The notes beneath the pieces are model-generated. The model was not told where the DNA came from. It ran no database searches and saw only the letters and a program-made list of their open reading frames with translations. A stretch of DNA of 64,000 nucleotides from Candidatus Bipolaricaulota bacterium (lineage in GTDB: Bacteria > Bipolaricaulota > Bipolaricaulia > UBA7950 > UBA9294), in assembly GCA_040752575.1 (NCBI GenBank), contig JBFMGK010000066.1, positions 46,640 to 110,639 on the forward strand, written 5' to 3'. Made by a program: the position numbers and the translations under genes. Positions 9,929-19,503 of the stretch are shown here, piece by piece (position 1 is the first letter of the stretch; every line of letters starts with the position of its first letter).

Positions 9929-11530
9929 ATGCCGCGCCAACTCATGTCAGGCGATGAGGCTCTTGCCCAGGGCGCCATCGACGCCGGATTGTCCGGTGCT
10001 TATGCGTATCCGGGCACTCCGTCGACCGAAATCACGGAGTACATCCTCCACTCGGCAGGAACCCGCGACGGCCTGCCGATCGCCCGCTGGACGGCCAACG
10101 AGAAGACGGCCCTAGAAGCGGCGCTCGGCATGTCCTATGCCGGCAGGCGCGCCATGGCCAGCATGAAGCACGTCGGTCTCAACGTAGCGGCGGACCCATT
10201 CCTGAACATGGCCATCTCCGGCGTCCAGGGAGGCCTTCTGGTCAATGTGGCCGACGACCCGTCCATGCACTCCTCACAGAACGAGCAGGACTCGCGTCAC
10301 TATGCCGACTTCGCTCTCGTGCCGTGCGCCGAACCGTCGGATGCGCAGGAGGCCTACGAGATCCCGCGACAAGCCTTCGCCCTTTCCGAACGTCTGCGTC
10401 TCCCGGTTCTCGTTCGCCTGACAACCCGCCTTGCCCACGGCCGGTCTCTTGTCCAGCTAGGTACGCCACTCCCCCCGACGGATCTCGGCCCCTCGTCGGA
10501 TCGCGAGCGGTTTGTCCTGCTTCCCTCCAATGCGCGAAAGAGCTACGCGCGATTGGTTGCGCTTCAGGCCGAGCTCGAGGCCGAAAGCGAGCAACACCCG
10601 CTCAATCGGCTGGACGATCGCGGCGACCCGTCGTTGGGGATCATCGCTTGCGGGGTCGCGCACAGCTACCTCCTGGAGGCGGCGGACGGAGAAACGCTCC
10701 ATCCAACGCTCAAGATCGGTTTCTACCCGCCGCCGAGGCTCGCCATCGCCCGACTCGCCGCTCGGTGCCGCACCCTGCTCCTCCTCGAGGAGGGCTACCC
10801 GTTCCTGGAGTCGCGAGTCGGCGGACTGCTTCCCCGCAAGGATCTGGAGATTCGCGGTCGCCTGACCGGGCACTTGCCGCGCACCGGCGAGCTGTCTGCA
10901 GATCTTGTGGCTGCCGCCCTTGGCCGGAGAGAGACCGCGAGCCGGCCGCCCTCCTCCGTGCCGCGACCTCGTCCCCCCGCTCTGTGCCCGGGGTGTCCAC
11001 ACGCGGACACGTGCCGCGCGTTGTCCGCCGCTCTCTCGGACTACCCCGCCGCGCGCGTCTTCTCAGACATCGGCTGCTACACCCTGGGCGCTCTTCCTCC
11101 GTTCTCGGCACTGGACACGTGCATCGTCATGGGCGCTTCGATCACGATGGCGCGTGGAGCGTCCGACGCTGGCGTGCATCCCGCCGTCGCGGTCCTCGGG
11201 GACTCCACGTTTGCCCACTCGGGGATGACCGGCCTGTTGGACTGCATCAACGACCGTGCGAACGTCACTATTCTCCTCCTGGACAATGAAACCGTCGCGA
11301 TGACGGGGGGCCAACCGTCTGCCGCTATGGGCCGTCTATCGGCCATCTGCCGCGGACTCGGTGTGCTCGCGGAGAACCTTCACACGATCGTCCCTCATCC
11401 GTCGCAGCACGAGCGCAATGTCGAACTCCTGCGCTGCATACTTCGAACTCCCGGGCCGTCGGTCGTGATCGCCGAGCGCGAGTGCCTTCAGACGGCGAAA
11501 CGCCGCCCCGGGGCGGGTGAGGCTGCATGA
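9929..11530 (+). CDS. iorA: Indolepyruvate:ferredoxin oxidoreductase alpha subunit (short form, no C-terminal ferredoxin domain)
   Basis: AYPGTPSTEI, NEKTALE, MKHVGLNVAADP, SSQNEQDSR, RPPALCPGCPH, SDIGCY, GDSTFAHSG..LDNETVAMTGGQ; GGAGG SD. Confidence 0.93.
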   Translation: MPRQLMSGDEALAQGAIDAGLSGAYAYPGTPSTEITEYILHSAGTRDGLPIARWTANEKTALEAALGMSYAGRRAMASMKHVGLNVAADPFLNMAISGVQGGLLVNVADDPSMHSSQNEQDSRHYADFALVPCAEPSDAQEAYEIPRQAFALSERLRLPVLVRLTTRLAHGRSLVQLGTPLPPTDLGPSSDRERFVLLPSNARKSYARLVALQAELEAESEQHPLNRLDDRGDPSLGIIACGVAHSYLLEAADGETLHPTLKIGFYPPPRLAIARLAARCRTLLLLEEGYPFLESRVGGLLPRKDLEIRGRLTGHLPRTGELSADLVAAALGRRETASRPPSSVPRPRPPALCPGCPHADTCRALSAALSDYPAARVFSDIGCYTLGALPPFSALDTCIVMGASITMARGASDAGVHPAVAVLGDSTFAHSGMTGLLDCINDRANVTILLLDNETVAMTGGQPSAAMGRLSAICRGLGVLAENLHTIVPHPSQHERNVELLRCILRTPGPSVVIAERECLQTAKRRPGAGEAA

Positions 11531-12129
11531 TGAAGAGGGACGTCGTATTGGCCGCCGTCGGCGGCCAAGGCCTGCTGACGATCTCCGCCGTCATGGCCGA
11601 AGCGGCGCGCTTGCTCGGACTGCACGTACGCCAGTCCGAGGTTCATGGGATGGCGCAACGCGGAGGCGTCGTCCAAGGTACCGTGCGTTTCGCAGACCGC
11701 CCCATCTTCTCGGATCTCGTTCGCAGCGGGCAAGCAGATCTGATCCTCGCTCTTGAGCCCATGGAGGCGCTCCGGTATCTCCCGCTTCTCGCGCCGGACG
11801 GCTTCCTGTTGACGAGCTCCGTCCCCCTCCGCAATCTCCCCGATTACCCTCCCATCGCCGAAGTTCTCGCTGCCGTACGCGAGATCCCGCGACACGTCGT
11901 CCTGGACGCAGACGCTGCCGCACGGGCGGTGAACGCTCCGCGGTCGGCGAATGTCGTCATGTTGGGAGCGGGAGCAGCGGTCCTTGGGCTCGCAGAGGAC
12001 GCCTTGGCCGAGGCGCTGGAGAGAGCCTTCCAGCGCAAGCCGGGCGCCGCAGACGCGAACCTCCGTGCCTTCCGCGCCGGCCTCACGGCAGCACGCGAGG
12101 CCCTTGCCCGCGAACCCGAGGCCAGCTAG
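11527..12129 (+). CDS. iorB: Indolepyruvate:ferredoxin oxidoreductase beta subunit
   Basis: VGGQG, SEVHGMAQRGG, EPMEALR, NVVMLGA; overlaps iorA stop. Confidence 0.93.
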   Translation: MMKRDVVLAAVGGQGLLTISAVMAEAARLLGLHVRQSEVHGMAQRGGVVQGTVRFADRPIFSDLVRSGQADLILALEPMEALRYLPLLAPDGFLLTSSVPLRNLPDYPPIAEVLAAVREIPRHVVLDADAAARAVNAPRSANVVMLGAGAAVLGLAEDALAEALERAFQRKPGAADANLRAFRAGLTAAREALAREPEAS

Positions 12130-12158
12130 GCTAGAAACCCTCCGTGGAGGTGACGGTC

Positions 12159-13052
12159 ATGTTTCGACGTCTTTTCTGGGTTGTTGCGTTCGTGCTCGCA
12201 CTCGGGCTCACGGCGGTTGCAGAGACGGCCGACAGCGGCATCGTCCGCATCGGCCTGTTCACGGACGTCCACGCGCACGACACGGACTCCCCGAACGAGC
12301 ACAAGGTCATGGTGAACTACGCCGAACGCATCTCGGCTTTCGTGGCTGCGATGACCGCGTGGTCGGCTGACGCGATCGTGCAATTGGGCGATCTCGTGAA
12401 CGGCGCCTTCGTGATGGGCGCACCCCTTGGCGATCCAGCCCGCATCGTGGGCATTCTGGACGACGTCCTCGGCCTGCTCGCGCCCTTCCCGGGTCCGGTC
12501 CTCCACGTCCTCGGCAACCACGACGTGTACGACCTGACCAAACAGGAGTTCCTCGCAGGAACGGGGTCAGAGGAGACGTTCTACAGTTACGACCTCGGGC
12601 TCTTCCATTTCGTCGTCCTGGACGCGCAGTTCACGAAGGCGGGCACCGACGTGGGACGCGTCGGTTGGATGGTGCAGGGCACCGTTCCCGAAGCGGAACT
12701 GGCCTGGCTCAGGGCGGACCTCGCCGCAACAGCGAAGCCCACGGTGATCCTTATCCACCAACCCCTCGACGTCGCCTTCGACCTTCTGGCCGGCGGCGCG
12801 CCGGTCTCGAACGCTGCAGCGGTCAGAGCCGCGCTTGTCGAGTCTGGAAATGTGATTGCCGTCTTCCAGGGACATGACCACGAGGACCGGTATCAGGTCA
12901 TCGACGGCGTCCCCTACGTAACGTTTGCCGCCATGGTGGATCACGACGTCGCGACGCCTCCGTCGTGGGCGGCCATCACCCTGGATCCCCAGACCCGCAC
13001 GATCCACGTCGAGGGTGTTAGCGAGCAGGCCACGCTCGACATCACGTTCTAG
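12159..13052 (+). CDS. Exported calcineurin-like metallophosphoesterase (copy 1)
   Basis: Signal peptide; TDVH, GDLVNG, GNHD, IHQP, GHDH motifs. Confidence 0.88.
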   Translation: MFRRLFWVVAFVLALGLTAVAETADSGIVRIGLFTDVHAHDTDSPNEHKVMVNYAERISAFVAAMTAWSADAIVQLGDLVNGAFVMGAPLGDPARIVGILDDVLGLLAPFPGPVLHVLGNHDVYDLTKQEFLAGTGSEETFYSYDLGLFHFVVLDAQFTKAGTDVGRVGWMVQGTVPEAELAWLRADLAATAKPTVILIHQPLDVAFDLLAGGAPVSNAAAVRAALVESGNVIAVFQGHDHEDRYQVIDGVPYVTFAAMVDHDVATPPSWAAITLDPQTRTIHVEGVSEQATLDITF

Positions 13053-13061
13053 GAGCTCAAG

Positions 13062-13979
13062 GTGAAGACGATGTTTCGTCGTTGGCGCACGATCCTGATG
13101 ACCGGCGTCGTCACGGCGTTGGTCGCCGTGTCCGCCCTCGGAGTCGAGGACATCGTACGCTTCGGCGTTTTCACAGATCTCCACGCCCACGATCTCGATT
13201 CGCCGCTCGAAGGAAAGTGGATGACGAACACGGAAGAACGTCTCACCGCCTTCACGGAGGCCATGAACCGGTCTCGGCCCGACTTCGTCATCCAGCTCGG
13301 CGACTTCGTCAACGGCTGGGTGGTGTTGGGGACCGATCCTGGCAGCCCGGACCGCATCCCCGAGATCCTGGCCTGGGCCGACGCGCAGTTCGCCGCGTTC
13401 CAGGGACCGCGGTATCACGTCATTGGCAATCACGACGTCTACAACCTCGACAAGGCCACCCTCCGCGCGGTTCTCGGCATGGAGCGAACGTCCTACAGCT
13501 TTGACGTCGGCCCGTTCCACTTTGTCGTCCTGGACGTGCAGTACGGACTCGACGGCAAGGATCTCGAGCACACTTACACCGGCGTCAGCGGGTACGTCCC
13601 CGACGCGCTGCTCGCTTGGCTGGAGAGCGATTTGGCCGAGGCCCGCGGTCGGCCGACCCTTGTCTTCGTACACCAGATGCTGAACGAGGTGGTGATCGAG
13701 TGGAACCGCGCCCTGATTGCCAACCAGGCCGAGGTGCAGCACGTCCTCGAGCAAGCGGGACATGTCGTTGCCGTTCTGCAGGGCCATGATCATGCCTACA
13801 GCCACGAGCTGATCGGTGGGATCCATTACGTCACGCTAGAGGCCCTCGTCGACCAGGGGACCCCGCCGTCGTGGGCGCTCGTAACCCTCGATGCCGTGTC
13901 GCAGATCGTGCGGGTCGACGGGTTCGGCGAACAGCCGAGCCTCGAGTTCACCTATTCGCTCGTCCCGCCGGCGGACTGA
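13062..13979 (+). CDS. Exported calcineurin-like metallophosphoesterase (copy 2)
   Basis: Signal peptide; TDLH, GDFVNG, GNHD, VHQ, GHDH motifs; clear paralog of the upstream gene. Confidence 0.88.
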   Translation: MKTMFRRWRTILMTGVVTALVAVSALGVEDIVRFGVFTDLHAHDLDSPLEGKWMTNTEERLTAFTEAMNRSRPDFVIQLGDFVNGWVVLGTDPGSPDRIPEILAWADAQFAAFQGPRYHVIGNHDVYNLDKATLRAVLGMERTSYSFDVGPFHFVVLDVQYGLDGKDLEHTYTGVSGYVPDALLAWLESDLAEARGRPTLVFVHQMLNEVVIEWNRALIANQAEVQHVLEQAGHVVAVLQGHDHAYSHELIGGIHYVTLEALVDQGTPPSWALVTLDAVSQIVRVDGFGEQPSLEFTYSLVPPAD

Positions 13980-14000
13980 CGGAGCGAGAGCGCTCTCGGC

Positions 14001-14029
14001 TTGCGCAACGCCGCGCCGCATCGTAGATT
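14001..14029 (+). promoter_or_regulatory. Putative promoter of add (near-leaderless)
   Basis: TTGCGC-17 nt-TAGATT ending 9 nt before the ATG at 14039; no SD. Confidence 0.5.
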
Positions 14030-14038
14030 GGATGCACC

Positions 14039-15067
14039 ATGCTCGAATGGATCCGGCGGATGCCGAAGGTCGAACTGCACGTACATCTCGATGGATCGCT
14101 CCGTCTCAACACGCTGGAAGAGCTCGCCGCGGCGGCCCCGGAGAACGTCGGAATGCCGGTCACGGGAGATCTACGAGGCGCCGTCGTCCTCAAGGGCGCA
14201 CACCCGCTCGAGGACTACCTCGCGGCATTCGACTACACGGTCCCGGTACTGCAGACGCCGTCCGCTCTCACACGCGCCGCGTATGAGCTTTGCGCCGACG
14301 CGGCGGCGGAGAACGTCATCTACATCGAGCCGCGCTTTGCTCCACTCCTTCACACCCGCCTGGACCTCAAACCCCGGGACGTCGTGGCCGCCGTGCTTCT
14401 CGGGCTCCGACAGGCCCACGAGGAGTTCGGCATCGAGACCGGGCTTCTTCTCACCGCGCTGAGGCAGAATTCCACCGAGGAGTCGATCGAGACCGTTCAA
14501 CTGGCGGCGCAGTTCCGCCGTGAGGGGGTTGTGGGCTTCGACCTCGCGGGTCCGGAACGTCTCTTCCCCCTCCTGAAGCATCGGAAGGCCGTCGAGTTTG
14601 CCCATGACGCCGGGCTTCACGTGACCCTCCACGCCGGAGAAGGTTGCTGTCCCGAGCAGATCCGCGAGGCGATCGACCTGGGAGCCGATCGAATCGGCCA
14701 CGGCGTGCACTTGCTTGAGGCACCGCGTACCGAGCGGCGCGTCGCCGAACTGGGGATTCCGCTCGAGATGTGCCCGACCAGCAATCTCCAGGTGGGTGGG
14801 TTCTTGCGTTCCTACAAGGACCATCCGATCCAGCGATACCTGGAGTTGGGCATCCCGGTAACGGTCAACACCGACAACCGCCTCATGTCCGCCGTGGATC
14901 TCTCGCATGAGTTTCGAGCGCTCGTGCGCGCCTTCTCCTGGACGCGAGACATCGTCCACACCGTCACAAGCAACGCCATCCGTGCCGCGTTCGTTCCCGA
15001 AGACCGCAAGGCCGCCCTACAGGCTCGCGTCGACGCCTTCTTCTCATCCCATCGCGCGCGCCGCTAG
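14039..15067 (+). CDS. add: Adenosine deaminase
   Basis: PKVELHVHLDGS, GFDLAGPE, HAGE, RIGHG, CPTSN, NTDNRLMS. Confidence 0.93.
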   Translation: MLEWIRRMPKVELHVHLDGSLRLNTLEELAAAAPENVGMPVTGDLRGAVVLKGAHPLEDYLAAFDYTVPVLQTPSALTRAAYELCADAAAENVIYIEPRFAPLLHTRLDLKPRDVVAAVLLGLRQAHEEFGIETGLLLTALRQNSTEESIETVQLAAQFRREGVVGFDLAGPERLFPLLKHRKAVEFAHDAGLHVTLHAGEGCCPEQIREAIDLGADRIGHGVHLLEAPRTERRVAELGIPLEMCPTSNLQVGGFLRSYKDHPIQRYLELGIPVTVNTDNRLMSAVDLSHEFRALVRAFSWTRDIVHTVTSNAIRAAFVPEDRKAALQARVDAFFSSHRARR

Positions 15068-15717
15068 ACCAACGGACGCCCACCCTCGCGAGTCGGTCGG
15101 CTGTTCACGCTGCACTCGGCGACGAAACTCTGAATCTCCACGGTCGCGAGGAAGACGAGCGGCGCGAACTCCGTCACCTCGGCAACAAACCGCGCGCGTT
15201 CGTGACACGCGAGGTCGGCAATCTCGACGTCGACGTCGTCGAGTCTGACTCCATAGGCGTCATAGAAGCAGACCCGGACGACGACTTGGCGCAGGACGAA
15301 CTCCGCGCTGTTTCCGACGCTTCCTTCGACCCGCGGGGTGCCGTCGAGATACAGCCGCCAGGAGGGATCGACGAACGCGGGCACTTCGACATGCACGATC
15401 TCGCTGTACGTGCCACGCACGCCACGGTCGTCGGTGACCGTGAGCGCTACGAGGTAATCCCCGCCGGCAGCGTAGGCGTGCGTGGCCTCCGCGTATCCGT
15501 CAACAGGCATGGACCCGTCGCCGAACTCCCACGCCCAGCGAACGACCACGCGTCCTCCGCTCTCGGCAACTGCGCGGAACCTCATACCCCATGGCCCGCA
15601 CGCTCCCTCCGGGCACACAGTGAACGAGGCGCTGGGACGGACGATTGGGCCCCAACACGATGCCAGGGCGACGGCGCAGAGAACCGCGAGAAGCGCTGCC
15701 GCTCGACGAACGATCAC
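15064..15717 (-). CDS. Putative lipoprotein with PKD and FxLYD-like domains
   Basis: Lipobox-like LAS-C; WEFGDG...HAY...G.Y.V.LTVTDDRG (PKD); V.G.V.N...V.V.FYDAYG (FxLYD-like); GTG start overlapping the ATL stop is inferred. Confidence 0.72.
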   Translation of the reverse strand: MIVRRAAALLAVLCAVALASCWGPIVRPSASFTVCPEGACGPWGMRFRAVAESGGRVVVRWAWEFGDGSMPVDGYAEATHAYAAGGDYLVALTVTDDRGVRGTYSEIVHVEVPAFVDPSWRLYLDGTPRVEGSVGNSAEFVLRQVVVRVCFYDAYGVRLDDVDVEIADLACHERARFVAEVTEFAPLVFLATVEIQSFVAECSVNSRPTREGGRPLV

Positions 15718-16049
15718 CCGAACAGCTCCAGATCGTCGCCCCGCCCGCGCGAGGTTCGCCAACCGAACCTCTGGAGGTCGATTCGCCCTCGTCCATCGAC
15801 GAGGATGCCTTCTTCCCGCAGACGCGTCAGCTGCTCATCGCCGAGGCTGGATTCGCCCTTCGCGTTGACCACTCGATGCCACGGGACGTCGGGGCGAGGA
15901 ACGCGCCCCAGAGCCGCCATCGCGTATCCCACCTGCCGCGCCCCGTTCGGGATCCCCGCCTCGCGGGCCACATCTCCATACGTTGAGACCCTCCCACGAG
16001 GGATCTGCCTCACCACCGCGTAGATCCGCTCATACAAGCCGGCTCCCAT
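15714..16049 (-). CDS. Alkyltransferase-like protein (MGMT family, PWHRV)
   Basis: IP.GRVSTYGDVA...ARQVG...PWHRVVN; Trp replaces the catalytic Cys; GGAGG SD. Confidence 0.9.
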   Translation of the reverse strand: MGAGLYERIYAVVRQIPRGRVSTYGDVAREAGIPNGARQVGYAMAALGRVPRPDVPWHRVVNAKGESSLGDEQLTRLREEGILVDGRGRIDLQRFGWRTSRGRGDDLELFG

Positions 16050-16141
16050 GCCCGCCTCCTCACCCATCGAGTCTAGCGTTTTCGGCGTGCGCGAGGCGCC
16101 CTGGCCACCTGCCCGGTATACTCCACATGGGTGATCGAGCG

Positions 16142-16414
16142 ATGTGTCTTGCAGCGCCGGCACGTGTTGTCTCCGTTCTGGGCCGCACTGCGGTCGTCGA
16201 CTACGACGGGGTGCAGATGACCGCGCGGCTTGATGCGTTGGCGGACCCCCTGGCTCCCGGCGACTATGTTCTCATCCACTCCGGATTCGCGATTCGTCGC
16301 TTGTCGGCCGCTGACGGCGAGGAGACCCTCCGGCTGTTCGACGAGTTATCCCAGTCGCTGGGCTCCGCACCCGACGGAAGCGGCACCCGTCCCGGCAGAC
16401 CCGCTCCAAGATGA
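16142..16414 (+). CDS. hypC: [NiFe]-hydrogenase maturation chaperone HypC
   Basis: MCLAAP N-terminus, GDYVLIHSGFAI. Confidence 0.92.
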   Translation: MCLAAPARVVSVLGRTAVVDYDGVQMTARLDALADPLAPGDYVLIHSGFAIRRLSAADGEETLRLFDELSQSLGSAPDGSGTRPGRPAPR

Positions 16415-17496
16415 GCCACCCGTTCCGCCTCGCCGATCCCCGTAAGGCGCGCGACCTCTCGCTGGCCATTCACCTTCTCGCACCGTCGCGGACGATCAAG
16501 CTCGTTCACGTCTGCGGAACGCATGAGATTGCGATCGCTCGACACGGTCTCCGGCGCCTTCTTCCTGACAGCGTCCAGATCCTCGAAGGGCCGGGCTGCC
16601 CGGTGTGTGTCACCCCAGCCGCCGACATTGAGCGCGCGGTCCGCATGTCCGAACAGGGCGCCATCGTCTGCACGTATGGAGACATGCTGCGGGTTCCCGG
16701 ACGGGGCCGCTCGCTCGATGACGCTCGCGCCGCCGGCGCGGACGTGCGGACCGTCCTCTCGGCGGACGAAGTCGCTCGCATCGCGCGCGCGACCTCTCGC
16801 GAGGTGGTGTTCTTCGCCGTCGGGTTCGAGACGACGGCGCCCATGACCGCCGCGGTCGCGCTGGATGCGCCTCCCCCGAATCTGTCCTTCCTCGTCGCCC
16901 ATAAGCTCATCCCTCCCGCCATGGCCGCGTTGCTGGATATGCCCGAGGTTGCTCTGGACGGATACCTCGCCCCCGGTCACGTGTCGACGATTCTTGGCTC
17001 CGCGGCGTACGAGCCGTGGCTGAGTCGACTGCGCGTCCCCGTCGTGATCGGCGGTTTCGAGCCCCTCGATGTACTCTATGCGCTGGCCTTGCTCGTGCGG
17101 CAGATTCGCGACGGCCTCGCCGTCGTCGAAAACGCGTACCCTCGCGCCGTGTCCTGCGGCGGCAACGAAGCTGCCCTCCGCCTGATTCGTGACGTTTTCG
17201 AACCTTGCGATGCCGCATGGCGTGGGATCGGGGAGATTCCGCTCTCGGGCCTTCGTCTGCTACCGCGCCACGCGAGCCTCGACGCGCTCGCTCGCTTCGA
17301 GGTCGGCGCGGTGGATGAAGCACCCACGATTCCAGGATGCCGCTGTGCCGAGGTCCTCACGGCCCGCGCCGTCCCCAGCGACTGCCCTCTGTTCGCCACG
17401 CGCTGCACGCCTCTCTCTCCCGTCGGCCCCTGTATGGTCGGTGCCGAAGGGGCCTGCGCGATCTGGTTCCGTTACCGTCGCAAGGAGGTTCCATGA
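16411..17496 (+). CDS. hypD: [NiFe]-hydrogenase maturation protein HypD
   Basis: VCGTH, GPGCPVC, GFETT, PGHVS, C-terminal Cys cluster with GPCMV..EGAC. Confidence 0.96.
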   Translation: MSHPFRLADPRKARDLSLAIHLLAPSRTIKLVHVCGTHEIAIARHGLRRLLPDSVQILEGPGCPVCVTPAADIERAVRMSEQGAIVCTYGDMLRVPGRGRSLDDARAAGADVRTVLSADEVARIARATSREVVFFAVGFETTAPMTAAVALDAPPPNLSFLVAHKLIPPAMAALLDMPEVALDGYLAPGHVSTILGSAAYEPWLSRLRVPVVIGGFEPLDVLYALALLVRQIRDGLAVVENAYPRAVSCGGNEAALRLIRDVFEPCDAAWRGIGEIPLSGLRLLPRHASLDALARFEVGAVDEAPTIPGCRCAEVLTARAVPSDCPLFATRCTPLSPVGPCMVGAEGACAIWFRYRRKEVP

Positions 17497-18515
17497 GCGC
17501 AGCGCAGGTCCGCGTCTCGTCGCTCCACGGAGCGGGCGGCGAGGTCATGGACGATCTGATCCGCAGCCTCATCGTCCCGCGATTCGCGGCCCGCAGCGCT
17601 GGGAGAATCGGTCTGTCGGCGATGGACGACGGCGCAACGATCGAGCGACCCGCCACGGGCGAACTGGTCGTCACCACGGACTGCCATGTGGTGAAGCCTG
17701 TCTTCTTCCCCGGCGGAGACATCGGACGGCTCGCCGCGGCCGGGACCGTCAACGACCTGGCCGTCATGGGCGCCCGTCCCGTTGCGTTCACCCTCGGCAT
17801 CATCCTCGAAGAGGGTTTCGCCCTTGAAGATCTTGAGAAGATCCTCGACTCGTTTGCCGAGGTTCTCGCCGAGGTCGACGCATCCCTCGTCGGGGGCGAT
17901 ACGAAGGTGATGGCCTCCGGCGATGTCGACGGCATCATTCTCTGCGCGACGGGTTTCGGTATTGCAGACCGCGCCGTCTCCGACGCCGAGCTCTGGGAAG
18001 GAGACGACGTGCTGATCACGGGCACGGTCGGAGATCATGGCATGGCCTTGCTGGCCGCTCGCGAGGAGTTTCGTCTTTCTACGCGCCTCGTGAGCGACGT
18101 CGCCCCCCTGTGGTCTCTCTTGAAGCCCGTTCTCCCGATGGGGGTCCACGCCATGAAGGACCCAACTCGTGGCGGGCTCGCGGCCGCGCTCAACGAGATG
18201 GCTCGCAAGTCGGAAGCCTGTGTCGAGATCGACGAGGCGTCCATTCCCTTGCGAGCGGAGGTCGCGGGCCTTTCGGATCTGCTCGGCATCTCTCCGCTGG
18301 ACGTCGCGAACGAAGGAAAGGCCGTCCTCGTAGTCGATCCCCAGGCAACGGGAGCGATCCTGGCGGCTCTTGCAGCGCACCCCCGAGGAGCGCAGGCCCG
18401 GCGTATCGGCAAAGTCACTCGCCGCTATCCCGGCCGCGTGGTCATGGACACAGGCATCGGCGGCGAGAGGTTCCTCGACATGCCCCTCGGCGACCCGGTG
18501 CCGCGGATCTGCTAG
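17493..18515 (+). CDS. hypE: [NiFe]-hydrogenase maturation protein HypE
   Basis: HGAGG, FFPGGDIG, GTVNDLA, GGDTKV, DPTRGG, ANEGK, C-terminal PRIC. Confidence 0.97.
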   Translation: MSAAQVRVSSLHGAGGEVMDDLIRSLIVPRFAARSAGRIGLSAMDDGATIERPATGELVVTTDCHVVKPVFFPGGDIGRLAAAGTVNDLAVMGARPVAFTLGIILEEGFALEDLEKILDSFAEVLAEVDASLVGGDTKVMASGDVDGIILCATGFGIADRAVSDAELWEGDDVLITGTVGDHGMALLAAREEFRLSTRLVSDVAPLWSLLKPVLPMGVHAMKDPTRGGLAAALNEMARKSEACVEIDEASIPLRAEVAGLSDLLGISPLDVANEGKAVLVVDPQATGAILAALAAHPRGAQARRIGKVTRRYPGRVVMDTGIGGERFLDMPLGDPVPRIC

Positions 18516-19357
18516 CGCGTCAGCCAAGCGCGACGGTCGGCGAGGGTCTTCCCCCGAGACTGGCACGTCGGGCAGTAGTAGGTTCGCCTCTCGGCGAAAC
18601 GAATCTCAGCAATCGGCGTCCCGCAGACGGGGCAGGGGTGCCCCGTTCTTCCCACAACGGAAAGCCCCTCGCGTCGGGAGTCGGCGACGAAGTCCCCGCC
18701 AGCGCGAGTGCGAGTTCGTTCTGTGGCCTCGCGAAGTACGCGCTGGATCGCCGCGTGCAGCTGAAGGATCTCGTCCGCCTCGAGGGTACTTGCATAGCGA
18801 ATCGGCGATAGCCGCGCTGCGTGAAGGATCTCATCCGCGTACACGGAGCCGATTCCTGCAACGACGGAAGGATCCGTCAGAGCTTTCTTGATCTGCCGGC
18901 GCTCGCCGAGATGCGAGGCGAGCAACTCCGGGGTGAACGCATCCGACAGCGGTTCGGGGCCGGTCGTCTCGATCCCCTCGACATCTCGTAGGTCCCGGAC
19001 GATGTGCACGCGCGCCCGTTTTACGCTTCCCGTCTCGACCAGTCGCAACTCCTGACCATTCTCGAAACCGATGCAGAACGCCGTGGCCTGGGTTCGCCTC
19101 GTATCCCGCCGCGCCAACACGAGCCGGCCCGAGAGCATTAGATGCACGGCGAGATAGAGGTCCTCGCCGCACGCGAGAATCAGGTGCTTGCCGCGCCGCT
19201 GAACCGAGCGAACGGACGTCCCCTTCAGGGCATCAACGGGAGGCACCAGCGTCTTCAGGATTCCGGGACGCAGAACCGCGGCGTCGCAAAGGGTCCAACC
19301 CAAGATGCGACGCGCGAGCGCTTCGCGCAGGATCTCTAGTTCTGGCAGCTCGGGCAT
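18512..19357 (-). CDS. Fpg/Nei family DNA glycosylase
   Basis: N-terminal PELPE, RRGKHL, H2TH GIG..YADEIL, zinc finger CPVC..CPTC. Confidence 0.9.
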   Translation of the reverse strand: MPELPELEILREALARRILGWTLCDAAVLRPGILKTLVPPVDALKGTSVRSVQRRGKHLILACGEDLYLAVHLMLSGRLVLARRDTRRTQATAFCIGFENGQELRLVETGSVKRARVHIVRDLRDVEGIETTGPEPLSDAFTPELLASHLGERRQIKKALTDPSVVAGIGSVYADEILHAARLSPIRYASTLEADEILQLHAAIQRVLREATERTRTRAGGDFVADSRREGLSVVGRTGHPCPVCGTPIAEIRFAERRTYYCPTCQSRGKTLADRRAWLTR

Positions 19358-19503
19358 CGTCTCACCGTCGCGAGCATACGACACCCGCCCCCTGCGATCG
19401 ACTCCCTCGTCGCGTCTGCAGCGGTGCGCGACGTCCCCCTCCGAAGCGCCACCCTTCCGGATTCCGTGCCGCGCGTGAATCAGACTCTGAGCCGGAGGTC
19501 GTA

